Source: Octopus vulgaris (taxonomy: Eukaryota). Taken from it: a stretch of 64,000 bases of DNA. This document shows positions 37,606 to 51,626 of the stretch, in pieces. Within the stretch, counting starts at the first letter, position 1. The number at the start of each line of letters is the position of its first letter. A program made the translations under genes and the position numbers. The stretch spans positions 56,048,001-56,112,000 of the forward strand of contig OX597824.1 in NCBI GenBank assembly GCA_951406725.2, written 5' to 3'. The notes under the pieces are model-generated. The model was not told the origin of the DNA. It saw only the letters and a program-made list of their open reading frames with translations, and did not search any database.

Positions 37606-40325
37606 GTATGTAATTTCAATAAAATGCTTATAATCAGAACTTTTATTTTTACATGCAGATGCATTCCCACCTCAAGATAGTCTCTATATAGTGTTTCACA
37701 TTGCTAGAAATATCAGTTAAATCTTCCTTAAACTATCTCACTTTGTTCTCTTAAATATAGAGTAAAATGTTAGACAATGTAGTCTTCAAACCAGGTGTGT
37801 GGAGTTGCTGCACAAAACTTTCATCTCCAATTTTTCTAATATATCTTATAATGAGTGTTTCATTTCACTCTGTATTCATGGCTCATGTGAATTGTCAGGC
37901 TACATTTTTAGCACCTTAATCTGTCAAAATTCTTGTTTAAATGCCATAGAAATGCTGATATGAATCTTTTTAGATATTATTTATTAAAGAATTTACATAT
38001 AATTAAGTTATAGGCAAAACTTACAAAATCAAAAAGAGTTGTTTTAATGGAGAGGCTATATGAAATAAAATGATATGAAAGAGATAAACTTCAAACATCA
38101 TACTCATTGTTTTAATGATCACTTTTCCATGCCAGTAAGGACAGATGAAATTTGTTGAAGTAAATTTTCTACAGTCATGTGCTTTCCTGTTGCCAACCCT
38201 CATCTGTTTCAAGCAAGGTAATATTTCATTGTGCTCAGACATGTTTTTCACAGAAAATTAGAAACAATGTCATTTGTATGATGATGATGATGATGATGCT
38301 CATTTCCAGTCATCATATGATATCAAGATAATGATTCATATATACATATGATGGGTTCTTTCAGTTTCTGTCCACCAAATCCATACACAAAGCTCTGGTT
38401 GTAATGGGTGTATAATAGAAACACTCAAGGTACTGAAACCATGTGATTGTCCTTGAGTTTTAAGACTGTATGGTTGAGGTGAGGGAAATATCTCTTAAAC
38501 TATATTGGTTTGTGTGTGTATGTGTGTTGCTTGGTTAAGGAAATTGCTTCTCAGCCATGTGGTTTCAGTCTCACAGCATAACACAATGGGCAAGTGTCTT
38601 TTGCTGTGGCCCCATTCAGCCTGGGGCTGTGTGGGTGGATTTGGCTGATGGAAGCTGAAAAAAATCCATTGTGTATGTATGTATGTATGTGCGTGTGCCC
38701 TTGTTTACAACCATCATATTACAGGATGGCTGTTGTTCATGTCCTGTCTTTTGTAAGAAATATATCTGGGCAAGGGAAATAATATCTTGCTTGGAAATAA
38801 GTGATGGTTAATGACAAAAAAAAGCATCCAGCTGCAGAAAATCTACCTCAACAAATTGTGTCTGAATACATGCAAGCATAGTATATATGAGTATGTAAGT
38901 GTGTGTGTGTGAAATAAATGGTTGGCATGCGAAGCGCTGTTGGGAAATAAACAAGCTTTACGATTAGTTAAAATATTCTGAGGACATAGTTGATATATAA
39001 AAAGGTCATTTTCACTGTGGTTTGCCATGATGAAATTCTTCCTCAAGAACACCCCTACATATTTTGAGCTCTTCATACTGTTATCAGTTGTAAATACTAA
39101 ATAGGACAACTCTGAACTGACTGAAAATCACGTGTGCATTTGTGTGTATATATATGCATACATACATGCATATATACACCCATTCTGTTGATCACATAGT
39201 CCTGATTGAATGGAAACAGTATTGAGCAGCAAAGATTCCTTTGTTTTATGGGGTGTAAGGTTGGTGCCATGGTAAATCTGTTTAAAAACATTACGCATCA
39301 TCTTAGTTTGTCTTTTTTGATTATAAACATGAAGGATAAGACATAACTAAATCTTGGCATAACAATATATAGTAGACCTAAAAGCAAGTTATAGAATTTG
39401 TCTAATTATGACATTAGGGTAGCATCTTTAAACAATAATGAAGCTGATATCTTTAGATAGAAAATTTCTATTACATTTGTATTTTATGTTCCAAACACCA
39501 TATTAATTATACCAATACGTATTTTTCTTTTGTTAAGTTATATTCTAAACATCTTAATATCATCATCATAACAGGCTTGCATGGGTCAGATGGAATTCAG
39601 TGAGGCTGCTTTTCTACAGCTGGATGCCCTTCTTGTGGCTAACTGTCTCTTATTTCAACCAAGGTAATTTTTTCCCAAGACCAAATATGTCTTTGGGGAA
39701 GACTAGAAATTAATGACACTGCTTGTATGGTGGTGACATTCATTTACAAATGTTCCATGATATCAAGATTAGGAAGCACAAACACACACAATCTTTTGTC
39801 ACTATATTCTCCCATATGTGCCTCTGATCTCCATTTCTGTTACTGTACATATCTCTCCTCCACACTTCACATAATCGTATTCTCATCTGTCTATATCTAT
39901 ATTATACTGTTGATCTTCTCTGGCCTACTCTTATTTTCCTTACCACCCCACAAACTGAGATTCACCATCATCCACACTTCTCCACCACTATTCATCTCAC
40001 CCTCTCCCTATCTACTATGTCTACCCCATACTCACAACCTATCCAACCACATGTCGTCTCTCTCCCTTTCTCTCATCCTTTCTCATTCTTTCCTTCTATT
40101 GTACCATTATAGGATTAGAAGCCCTAAGCAGTGACATGTACAAATACAAACTTTTTTACTATTTCAAATATGCTTGGGACATATTTGAACTTGTAAGAAA
40201 GTTATTCACTGTATTTTGCCATGGAGAAAAATTCTCACTGTAGACAAATAGGTGTAAATACATCAAGTCAGGTTGAAGCGCCCTCCAGCCCCCATTTATA
40301 TTTGTATCATCATCATCATCATCAT

Positions 40326-40520
40326 TAAGGCAGCGAGCTGGCAGAATTGTTAGCGTGCTGGACAAAATGCTTAGTGGTATTTTGTTGAGTTCTGCCAAAG
40401 TTGACTTTGCTTTTCATCTTTTTGGGGTTGATAAAATAAGTATCAGTTAAACACTGGGGTCAATGTAATTGACTCATCTCCTCCCCCAAAATTGCTGCCC
40501 TTGTGGAAAAATTTGAAGCC
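40326..40520 (+). mobile_element. Nin/Deu-domain-like SINE (further copies at about 46120-46340 -, 46595-46780 - and 57418-57790 +)
   Basis: aaggcagcgagctggcagaat head and gttgactttgcttttcatctttttggggttgataaaataagtatcag central domain. Confidence 0.75.
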
Positions 40521-41131
40521 ATTATTATCATTGCTATTCTAGTACTCTTCACACCCTCTTCACCCCTATTATGATCCCTGAATACTTGTTCTTCATTATA
40601 TTTACCCTCTCACCTATTCCCCATCTCTAACCATCTCTCACTCTCCCATACACTCTTACAACCTCTTCCCATCTACATTTCATATTCCATCCCCATTCAC
40701 TTCTACTCACCATATATCTTGAGAGTCCACCCTGCTATCTTACCACTGCTATTTTCATCTCTTTCCAGCTCCATCTCTCTTCTATAATGTGAGTTGCCAT
40801 GTAGCTCCTTTATGGCAAGAAACCTGTTCTGTTCTGGACCTTTCACTACTATAGCCCTACTTAGTAAAGGAGTTTGCAAGCTGTATGGCAAACTATCAAG
40901 TGCTGGGAGCACAAAAAAAGCACCCAGTGCATGCTGTAAAGTGGTTGGTGTTAGGAAGGGCATCTAGTAATAGAAACCTTGCTGAAGTAGACATTGGAGC
41001 ATAATATGGTCTTTGGACCAGTCAGATTCTGTCAAACTGTTCAACCTATGCCAGTATTGCATAAGATCATTAAATGATGATAAAAATGTATGATGATGAT
41101 GATGATGTGTGTGTATGCATGTGTGTGAGTG

Positions 41132-41163
<32 letters not shown>

Positions 41164-41432
41164 AACACACACCCAATCCACTTTCAGACAACTATCCAAG
41201 GTGCTACCTAATGGGACTGAACCTGAAGCCATGTGGTTGTGAAGCAAACTTCTCGAACACACACCAATGCCTGCACCTATAAATATACCAATATATATTT
41301 GTTATGTGTCAAGTACCATCTTCATATTTGAATTATTAAGAACATTATTTTACTAAATCCTCCAAACTTTTGATTATTTTCAAAATGAATTGAAGCACAT
41401 TGGATTTGAAAATATCTCTTGTCTGTTTACAG

Positions 41433-41564
41433 GATGGATTTTTAGAAAAATTAACGTCAAGTGAGTTTGTCACTTTATCACGAGAAGTGGAAACATTTGT
41501 AAGTGATTGTATGAAAAAATGTGGCCATAGGAGCACATCTCTTCGAGGAAGTTTGCAGAGCCAG
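41433..41564 (+). CDS. VPS54: VPS54 coding exon (DGFLEKLTSSEFVTLSREVETFVSDCMKKCGHRSTSLRGSLQSQ)
   Basis: Acceptor tctgtttacAG and donor GTTAGT. 132 nt, phase 0/0. Closely matches VPS54 DGFLEKLNSMEFITLSRLMETF...GRKSTSLLGALQSQ. Confidence 0.95.
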
Positions 41565-41929
41565 GTTAGTTAAAGTTCTTTTCATTTAGTCTTCTTTTGA
41601 CTTCATAATTATCATCATATCAAATTGCCTACATTCATTTGACCCATCTCTGTTTTCCATGGCATGTGATCGTTCCAGTGGGAAGCATCCAGTACATCTA
41701 TGACTGATCAATGTATATCTTTGTAGGGAAACCAATCTAATCACAACCATACCAAGCTATCCAAAACAGAGTGTAACATATCCTCCTCCTCCTCCTCATC
41801 ATCATCATCATTTAGTGTCCATGTCCCATGTTGGCATCGGTTGGGCTTCAGTTCTTCCTCCTCTAACAGTGTCAAGTAAAAGCAGATTGTCTTTCTCTAA
41901 TGATACGTGTATGTGTGTATATGTAAGGT

Positions 41930-42255
41930 AAAGGCATATGGCTAAGTGGTTAGGATATTTGGCTTATGATCGTAAAGGCATAAGTTTGGTTTCTGGTGGT
42001 GTGTTGTGTCCTTGAGCAAGACACTTTATTTTACATTGCTCCTGTTCACTCAGCTGGCAAAAATGAGTAGTATCTGGTTTTCAAAGGGCCAAACTGGTCA
42101 CATTTTATTTCACGCTGAATCTCCCTGAGAACTACGTTAAGGGTGCATGTGTCTGTGGTGTGCTCAACCATATGCATTTTAATTTAACTAGCAGGCTGTT
42201 CTGTTGATCAGATCAATTGGAATCCTCATTGTCGTGACTGATGGAGTGCCAGTTA
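41930..42255 (+). mobile_element. tRNA-derived SINE, older copy
   Basis: tggctaagtggtt A box, gtgtccttgagcaagacact core, and tail gagaactacgttaagggt shared with 33645-34022. Confidence 0.75.
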
Positions 42256-42329
42256 TTGTTGCGTATATATACATCTGTATGTCTGTATATTGTCTTTCAT
42301 GGGAAAATGAAAAGAGGTTCACCTATCTT

Positions 42330-44385
42330 CTTCTCATCAATGCCTGTCTAGCAATAATCTCTCCGACAATCCTGACCTACCCCTGTCACCCAGTATAGCA
42401 ACTGCTATAAACCAAACCTGAGAGCGACTTCAGTAACGTCCATCCACGATGCCTCCAACGAGGTAAAAGAGGCTGATGCTAACTCTTCTGCCCCCACTTA
42501 CCCTCTTGCACTTCCTCTTCCAGTCAACCCCTTGGTCATTGACATCACGACCCTCTTCCTGTGGCTCATCCCCACATGCCCCCACTGATCTCAAAGATCA
42601 CCTCCTCACTTTACTCCATGTCGAAATCTACCATCCACCTGGGTGAGTGCCTTGCACATTGTGATCTTATCAAGCTGAGAACCTTGTTCTCTTCCTCCTC
42701 TCCACAATCATCATCCAAGGAAGCGACAATCCAAAGAACATCTATGACATGATGTGGCGTTCCATCCATAGAAATGTTTTTGGAATTGACAGCCATCATT
42801 GTTCCTCTGTTTCACTGAGATGTGCAGCATGCCTTCAGCAACTTGGCCCAGACTTCATCTCTCACCTCCATAAAGATGGGCCTTCTCTCTTCCACAGGGC
42901 ATTCTGATGGTTTACTTGGATGCCGCCATTCATATTTGTATATTGCTCTATGTGGCACAGACTCCTCAACCTCTCTCGATTGGGGCGACATGTTGTACCA
43001 GAATACTGCTTCCAGTGGCGAGATGTGTCCCCTTTCCACCATGTCCTTGATTGTTTGATGATGTCTTTCCACAATCCCATTTCCACTCGGTCTATATGCT
43101 GCTCTGAAAAAGTGGTACACTTTCCACTAGTCAAGCATCTCCTTCAGCACCTCTGAAAGAAATGCTGTGCTATTGTCCATTAGCAATTTGTCCACAGAGC
43201 ACCTCTCTAGTGTGTCACATCCACTACCAGTCATCTCCAGTTGTGCTCTTCCAAAATGTTTCCCTGCTCACGCACATCTTGAGCAGGATCAATGGATTGA
43301 CAACTGTCACAGTCCCCAATCACCTTTCGGATGCTCTATCTAGCAACATCGATGTCAATCCTCCTGGTGATATACAGGGTCCTATCTATGTTCATATGAT
43401 GCATGGCATGCAGTTTCCTTAGTTCAGAGTCATTTAACTAACACACTGCAGCTACCCCTTGCTTTGATTCTTCTGGCTCCCCTAACCAGGCCTTTTTCAC
43501 CCTGGTTAGAATGTCTGCCTTTTTTCTCTCTGAAGGCACAAAGGCCACATTCAGCTTCAGGCCAAACTTGGCAACCAGCTCTCCTAAAACCGCTAGGCAG
43601 TGCTTCACTAACATTTCCACAGCCCTTTTGGTTCAAACCCTTTTCTCATGAGTGATCACTGATCCTACCCAGCTAAGCATGGTGGCCAAATCCGACCAGA
43701 TATCGATGACACACAGCCCTTATTTCAAAACCAAATTCACCCCCTTCAGCAGTGACATTGATGTGGTTGTAATTGTCTGCTTTTTGAAGCCAGGCCGCGT
43801 CCTCCACTTTGGCACCTCCGATTTCCAACACAACTACTATCACTCTGCTACTAGCATCACACCATATGGTCCTGTTATCTGATTTGGGCACATACCAGTT
43901 CGCTTCGCCCTGACTGGGTCTCCCACTCTCATCCTCTCTAGGATTTCCCGCATCATTGGCACTGTCCCCTCTCCCATTTTGTCACCCCAGTTCTCCCCTT
44001 GGTGTAAACTGCATGCCGTATGCAGCCACCCCGCGATCGGGTATTGACCTACTAATTTCCCGCATATATTGAGAATAGTTTTCTCCTGCTGACATTGGTA
44101 CCAAGCTTCGGGATTTCATTCCCCTTCCAAAACACTAACATGCCTGTTCTGTTTCTTTGAAGCTTCAGCCTCAGTGCAGCTCCTCCAGCCATTGGCTCCG
44201 GTGGCTTCACAATTAAACCAAACTTCTTCAGATATCTCACAGCCTCAGTGATAGGCACTACAATCTTGTCCACTAAGATGTCATCTATATAGGAATTGGT
44301 GACCCTTCTTATCCTATCTACCTTTCCCAGGATGGATTTGAGCACTGTCGCCATGATCTTCACACCATGATCTTCGCCATCTATC
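42330..44385 (-). mobile_element. Degenerate Ty3/Gypsy LTR retrotransposon pol remnant
   Basis: Domain order is RT (SYIDDILV), RNase H (IWCDASS, ERKKADILTR) and integrase (RAAYRPSGNGIVERHHQTIK). Confidence 0.85.
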
Positions 44386-45139
44386 ACACACACACACATA
44401 TATATAATGTGTATGTATGAATCTATGTATGTACTTACGAATGGACAGACTCTTGGGAGCCCAGCACATCAAGTACTAAAGGAAATAGAAAAGAGAAGAG
44501 AAAAGAAATAAGAATAGAAAGGAAGAGAGTGGAGAACTGGCCATTGTTTTCTCTGTATGAAATTATGGTTTCCAGCCACCAGCTTTAATCTATTGCTGTC
44601 TCTTACCTTGGTCAAATAGTAATAACATCTAGTTACAAAATCTGATACCCACCAACTTCTTTAGCGGCTGGTTTCTGGTGAAGTATTATGATATTTAGGG
44701 CACTGTTTATGATTACTTAGATTGGATTCCCTAGCATTGAAATCACCAACTTACTTGGATATACAAATAGAAGGTATCTTACGTTTTTAGTTATTTGAAT
44801 AAACAAAATAAGGAAATAAAAAATTAAGAGATAAAGATAAGAAAATAAAAATATAAAACAAAAAATGTAATGAAGTAGCATAAAGTAAAATCAATAGAAT
44901 AAAATAAAATAAAGTTAGATAATGTAAAGTAACCAGGATAACATACACTGAAGTAAAAAACACAAGATACCTTGAAGTAAAATGTACAAAAAATGCATAA
45001 GCAGGGCGTTCTCTGAATTAAGAGAGGAGATTGTACTGAGATGATGTACTGTTTACTACTCAAAATTGCAGCAAAAGTAACATGGAAAGGTTTAAGAAAA
45101 AACTTACTAAATTATTTAAATAATTCAATCTTAATATCT

Positions 45140-46060
45140 ATAGAAAATGCACGCAGTAAAATTTATTTTTTAGTTACAACACTCAGCCTTAGCACAGAAC
45201 TGCATCATCCATTCCACAAGTCAAATGAAAACCTTCAATATGTCAACTGCAACTCAAATCATCCTAAAAGCACTATAAACACTGTCGTAAAGAAGAGTGT
45301 CAATTAGAATATCTAAACTCTCTGCGAATGAAGACATATTTAAAAAGCATGAGAGATATTATGACCTGGCCCTAATGACTGTGGTTTACTGCAGAAAAAT
45401 TAAATACATACAAACAGTGATCTGGTAAAGAATACTAATGTTAAAAAGTTTAACTGGCATTTTACCATAGCAATAATAGAAGAAAACATTCCAGAACTAG
45501 AAACAAAGGATACAAGAAGTTTAATTATAACAAGCATGGTTTTGTCAGGCCCATGAACACTGTAATACTCCCAACAAATGGAAAGTTAGACAAGATAAGC
45601 GTACATAATAATACATCTCAGAAAGATAGGAATCCGAGTTCATTCATGGATAGATATAAACTGTCCCCCAATTATGATAGATCTAATTTTAATAACTGGA
45701 AGCCAGAGGTAGACAGCTATAGTGCAGATAGGGACAGCTGTAATAATTGAAGTAGCACAACTCAGGATGTGAGCGAACCAACCCACGATGAAATGGAGAA
45801 GGGGAATATATTAACTCTTAGAATAAAAAGGATAAATCTAAACCAGTAGTGTTGTATAATGCTCCCTTCAGGGTCCAAATTGCTACAAATATCCTGGGGA
45901 AATTCTTTGTGGCACTAGAGGAACATTTCCTACCATCAAGCCAATATGCAAGATTATTTAATATGCACTTGGTAAAGTTTGCATACTCCACAACTAAGAA
46001 TCTGGCACAAGTAATGGCTTCTCACACCACTTTTAGACACTTAGGCAGTTCTGACTAAGG
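45140..46060 (+). mobile_element. Penelope-like (Naiad-like) RT C-terminal remnant
   Basis: Peptides HPFHKSNENLQYVNCNSNHPKS and YNAPF...HF...YARLFN..VKFAYSTTKNLAQVMASH. Confidence 0.75.
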
Positions 46061-46809
46061 GATACAACAGACCTAAGCAAATAAAGATAATAATGATGGT
46101 GTTAATAATAATGATAATAGTTTCAGATTTTGCCTCAAGGGCAACAGTTTATGAGGAGGGGATGAGTCGATTACATCGACCCCAGTGTTCAGCTGGTACT
46201 TATTTTATTGACTCCCCCCCCCAAAAAAAAGGATGAAAGGTAAAGCTGACTTCTGCGGAATTTGAACTCAGATTGTAGCAATGGGCAAAATACTGCTAAG
46301 TATTTCATATAGTGTGCTAACAATTCTGCCAGCTCGCTGCAAAGATATAGACAAGTGGCTGAAGGAGATTGGAACAGAATGCCCGGTAGAGCTCCTACAG
46401 AAAGTTTGCCTCTTAGAGATAGCAAGGATTATCAGGAGGGTTCTAAGCATTTGAAAGACAGTTGAAAACTTGTGAAGACCTAAGGTTACAGGTAGTAACC
46501 TGCTACCCACATAAATCTTACCAGGAATAAGACTGAACCTGAGCCAAACCAAAATAGCAACAATGACAAGAATTATTATGATAATTCTTTCTTCTAGAGG
46601 CACAAGACCTAAAATTTCTTTGTGTGTGTTAGTTGATTACATTGACCCCAGTATTCAACTGGTACTTAATTTTTCACCCCCAAAAGGATGAAATGTAAAG
46701 TTAACCTCAGCAGAATTTGAGCTCAGAACATAAAGTATTTTACCTGGCATGCTAATGAGTCTGACCAGCTCTCCACCTTGAAGAATTATAATAATAATAA
46801 AAATTAGCA

Positions 46810-49400
46810 GGACCCGTGAATATTTCATTGAATTAATGGTAAACCTATTGGGTTATTTCTGAAAACTTTATCCAAAAAACCTGAAAGTGTAGCCTGCACT
46901 GAATTCTCAGTAGCATGCTTTGGATACTAGAGATTTCACATTTTTCTTAGACTATCTTGCCATTTTATGTTGTAGATATTGCATAGACTGCACATGTGAA
47001 AGGTTTCAAGCTTCTTTATATGTTTGCAGTAGGTAGTCCATGTATGCTCAAAATACGAGATTTGTACACACTTATTTTAGTTTTCAGGTTGACACTATGT
47101 TCATCCCACAAACAATAGGCAAGTTTTCCAAAAGAATTTATAGCCTTGGACACTGATATCACTGTTGCCATCATTCCTTTATGCTATTACCCTTTTCATT
47201 TTATCAGGAAGACCAACTTTTGACAAAATTTTCCAGAGTGCCTCACGATTCATTGTATTAAAGGCCTTGATCAAGTCAACAAAGACCATGTGCATGTCAG
47301 TATTTTGTTCATGTGCTTTTCCTTGAACTTGCTGGACGGCAAAAATCATGTCAACTGTGCCTTTCCCAGCCCAAAATCCATATGGGATTCAGGATATATG
47401 CTGTTTATTACATGTTTATTGATGTAGTTAAGAATCATCTTCACAAGAATTTTTCCAGCTATGCACAACAAACTTATCCCCCTGCAATTATCATATGCAC
47501 TCTTCTTCTCCTTGTTTTTGTACAAATGCATTATAGATCCATCTTTGCACTGTTGGGGAACAAATCCAGTTTCCCACATCAAACAGATCAATTTGTGTAG
47601 CTTTCTTACAAGTTATTTACCACCATGTTTGTACACTTCTATGGGAATACCATTTTGTCCAAGAGCTTACCATTGGAAAGTTGTTTAAAAGCTTTCAAGG
47701 AAGGGTCTTCCGCATGTTCCTCAATTATAGGCCATTGAAAGATTTCATTGATTACTTCAGAATCGGTAGTAGATTCTTGATTTAATACAGATTTAAAGTG
47801 TTCAGCCCATCATTTCAGAATCTCATCTTTGTTACCTAATAGTTTTATTCCATCATTAGAAAGAATAGGCCCTGTACCACCTTTTTGGGACAAAATGTAC
47901 CTTTCAGATTGTCATACAATGCTCTCAAGGTTTTTTTGCCCACCAAGAAATTTTCATCTCACACAGTTTTTTCTTCTTAGAGGAGATGTATTGAGATCTG
48001 ACTGTTGGTGAGATTTTGTCTGAGATCCATGCCTTGTATCTTTTGTGCATAGTTTCTTAGAGATGTTTAATTTGAGAACCATTCTTAGCAAACCAATCTT
48101 GGTGCTTGTGTTTGATGGATCCTAGAGCTTCTTCAGCAGATGGTTTGATACTGTCACAAATATTGTACCACAAAACTTCAGGGTCATTGCTTTCCTCTAT
48201 TTTTGCAAACTTTGAATTTAAATGGATTTCAAAATTTTTTTGTCATTTCTGAATTTTTAAGGAAGAGATCTTTATTCTCAGAAATATACTGGATCTCAGT
48301 GGCCTCTTTGTATATGGTTTAACAAATACCTTACTGCAAACCATTCTGTGATCCAAGTAACACTCAGTTTTGTGAGTTCTGGTTAATCTGAAATTACTGC
48401 AATCCTTGTTCTTAGTTATAACATAGTCAAGCACATGCCAGTTACCAGTTCAGGGATACTTCTAGGTGTTTTTATATTTATCTGCCTGTTGAAACGGTGT
48501 TAGTGATTGTTAGACCAAACTGTTGACAAAAAGACAGCTGTCATAAACTGCTTTCATTCATCATTCCTACTCCATGCTTTCCTATTACTCTTGATCACAC
48601 TGTTTGTTGCCTATTGTGGCATTAAAATTGTCCATCAGTATAATTTCGCCAAGGTATAGAATTTTACTGATAACTGTCTGCAGAATAGAGGATGTTGTGT
48701 TCCTGTTCACATGCTGATAAAGTAGGTGCATATGCACTGATAATGTGCATAGATGAGGATTTACTTATTGGGATATGGAATGTCAAGAGATGATCATCAA
48801 CAGCTTGAGGGTTGCTGGCAATTTGCCAAGTAGAGTTGATTTAATGGCAAAGCCAACACCATGAATTCTTGGTTCATCTGCTGGCTTTCCACTCCAAAAA
48901 AAAAGGTATAGCCACTTCCAACCTTTTCTAATTCACCAGTGTCTGGTTTCACTTAGAGCTGCATTATCAGAGCCTATTTCTTTATTACCTACAAGGGGCT
49001 AAACACATAGAGGACAGACATAGGTATTAAGTCGATTACATCGACCCCAGTGCGTAACTGGTACTTAATTTATCGACCCCGAAAGGATGAAAGGCAAAGT
49101 CGACCTCGGCAGAATTTGAACTCACAACGTAACGCAGACGAAATACCGCTAAGCATTTCGCTCGGCATGCTAACGTTTCTGCCAGCTTGCTGCATTATCA
49201 GAGCCGATTACCTTCACAATTAGTGCTGCTTTTCATTCTAGGCTGTCTCTGCTGTCTTTTAAAGTTCTTTCATTCCAACAACCAAAGATTAGTATGCTTC
49301 TTTTATTTTTCCTATCTTTATCTTAACTGCATTAGACTGGATGGCTAGACATCTACAGTTAATGCCAAGCTTATTGAAAGCAACACTTTTTTTAGAGTTC
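46810..49400 (-). mobile_element. Second RTE family (BovB-like) LINE, degenerate APE + RT
   Basis: Peptides ISAYAPTL, WHVLDYVIT, DHRMV and YDNCRGISLLCIAGKILVKM. Distinct from the dominant RTE family. Confidence 0.82.
48975..49188 (-). mobile_element. Young Nin/Deu-domain-like SINE with 17-bp target-site duplication
   Basis: gctgcattatcagagcc occurs at 48958-48974 and 49189-49205. The body is CpG-rich (gccgaggtcgactttgcctttcatcctttcggggtcgataaa). Confidence 0.88.
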
Positions 49401-49469
49401 CTTTTCTCACTCTACCCCTGATATTGGAGAAGTACTGTTACACCTAGATAGGACTGCTTGCCACACAAA

Positions 49470-49930
49470 ATAGCAATAATAATAATAATAAGGATAATAA
49501 TGATACAGATAACAAGAATAAGGATAATGATAATAAGAATGACCATAATAATAAGAATAACAATAATAATAATAATAAGAATAATAATAGCAGAAATTGA
49601 AATATTAACAATATTTGTAATGGTGATACTTAACATGAAAATCGTGGTAAAAGCAACACTAATAGCAGCAAGTATATTGAAACTTGTAAAAATCAAAATG
49701 ATAATAAGCGTACTAATAAAAATAATGAAAATAGTAAGAGAAATATTAGAGATGGGCATCAGTGATTCAGCTAGAAGTAAAGATAGGGCTAGAACCAATA
49801 ATAATAATAATAATAATGAAAATGATAGGAATAAAACTAAGTGTAATAATAACAAGCATAACAATAGGAGGTGTAGTTACACCAAAAACAACAGCTATAA
49901 AAATTATAAGAAGACTACAAATAATAAATG
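49470..49930. repeat. Degenerate (AAT)n low-complexity tract
   Basis: aataataat periodicity produces Ile/Asn-rich spurious ORFs on both strands. Confidence 0.85.
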
Positions 49931-50006
49931 CCATTACATAGGATTCTGTGCAACATCTTTCAAACTCTGATTTTACAACTATGTCTCATCATTTAAATAT
50001 AAAAAT

Positions 50007-50183
50007 ATGGAAAACTTGACTTGGCATCATGGTGTTATCAAGTACCTACAGAGAAAGAGTTTAGTTCCCAGGGACATTCATACTAACATGGTCGCTACAT
50101 TATAGGATGACCCTCCAACTTTATTAACAGTGCAAAAGTGGGCAGCTGAATTTAGGAGAGAATTGGAGTCTTGAAGATGACCC
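50007..50183 (+). mobile_element. mariner transposase N-terminal fragment
   Basis: Reads GVIKYLQ..DIHTNMVATL..TVQKWAAEFRR..SLEDDP. Confidence 0.7.
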
Positions 50184-50918
50184 ATTTTGTTCTTGGGTTG
50201 TGTTCTGTAGTCAAGTGTCAGAGTGTGGTGGTATGAGAATGAACTGGCTCAACTATTGTGAGCCATAGAGTTCTCCTTGGATTCATTATATTCTATCTGG
50301 TTGTTAATTGTTGGATTGCATTTCTTTTTTCGTATTGGAATAGCTTCTTTTATTTGCAGGTTACTGATATTATGATATATAGCTTTCATATTAACTTTTT
50401 GGTTTGCATATTTTGAAAGGTGATTTTATTTGCATTTTGTCAAGAATTTGACTTGCTATATTTTTACTGACTCCAACTCCAATAATCCAATAATTGCTTC
50501 TGATCTACCTCAACTCCAGTAACCCAGTGACTCATTCCACAACTCACACTCCAGTAACCTAATAACTGTTTCCTACACCAATAACTCACCGCCCTAATTT
50601 CATGTTCACTTTATACAATCAGTCTACGAGGCTCTGCAAAAGTCCATGGTACTGCTGTTTGTTCACTGTTTAATCCCTAAAGTTTTAAAATGTATTTCGC
50701 AATTTAACTAACTTGCAACAGATGTGTTATTTACTTGGAGAAATTGGATCATATACAAGGAGAAATTGGGTCATAGTACAAGAAAGAAAATAGTTTAGAA
50801 AATAAAGATGGTGAAAAAATCTAATCTTTTTTGTTCAAAGTGATTTTTTTTTTCTTATAGAACCAATATTTTCCATTAGAGTTAATATTTTCTTTGTATT
50901 TTTTAATCCAAATTATAG

Positions 50919-50968
50919 GCAAACAGATTTGTTGAACGATTCCATGAGGAGCGGAAAACTAAATTAAG
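50919..50968 (+). CDS. VPS54: VPS54 coding exon (ANRFVERFHEERKTKL-S)
   Basis: T-rich tract plus tatAG acceptor and AG|GTAAAT donor. Contains the conserved VPS54 motif RFHEERKTKL. The next expected exon (LLLDNERW-like) was not found in the window. Confidence 0.93.
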
Positions 50969-51626
50969 GTAAATTGAATTTTAAAATCATTTTGCCTCAT
51001 CATTTTACGCTTGCTTTTCATGCTGACATTGGTTGGATGGGTTTTTGCAGTTTAAGTTAGTTCTTAATCAGAGTTATTGTCTTCCTAGATGGGTCAGAGA
51101 TTACACCTGGCTTGTATGTTCTGTTGTTGATGGAGTTTTGATAGCTAAATGCTCTTTTCAACTTTATCCACTGGTGCCTTATATCATGTCACCAGCACTA
51201 GAAAAGTTGGCAACTTATGTCACCTCTGCCTTTTCAGCAAACCACTTTACAGAATGTACCAAGTGCATTTTATCATTGGACCAGCATCAGAGAGATAAGT
51301 TGCGTCTTTAATAAGGCAAGATGAAAGGGTACGCTTGATCCACACATATCTGCTTGTTAGTTGGTCACTTTATAAGTTATACTAGGTACATTTTATCATA
51401 GCACAATCAAATGAGAGGTTGTCATGTCCTTATCCTCATCAAGACAAGAGTCCTCTCCACACTATGTATTTGTTCATTTGTTAATCACTTTCCAGAGTGT
51501 GCTATGTGCACATTATCATGACACCAACACTAGCGAGGTTATCTTGTACTCTACAATATAAATGAGTCCTCACTACTCTAAACTGTCTCAGTTCATTTAG
51601 GGTGACATGACCAAAAACTTGATTAA

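Noticed and set aside
44665-44750. Possible further hammerhead (CUGGUGA...GAAAUC)
   Set aside because: The core is mutated and stems I and II pair too poorly to call by eye.
49412-49970. Hydrophobic Ile/Leu-rich ORFs resembling membrane proteins
   Set aside because: They are translations of a degenerate (AAT)n tract.
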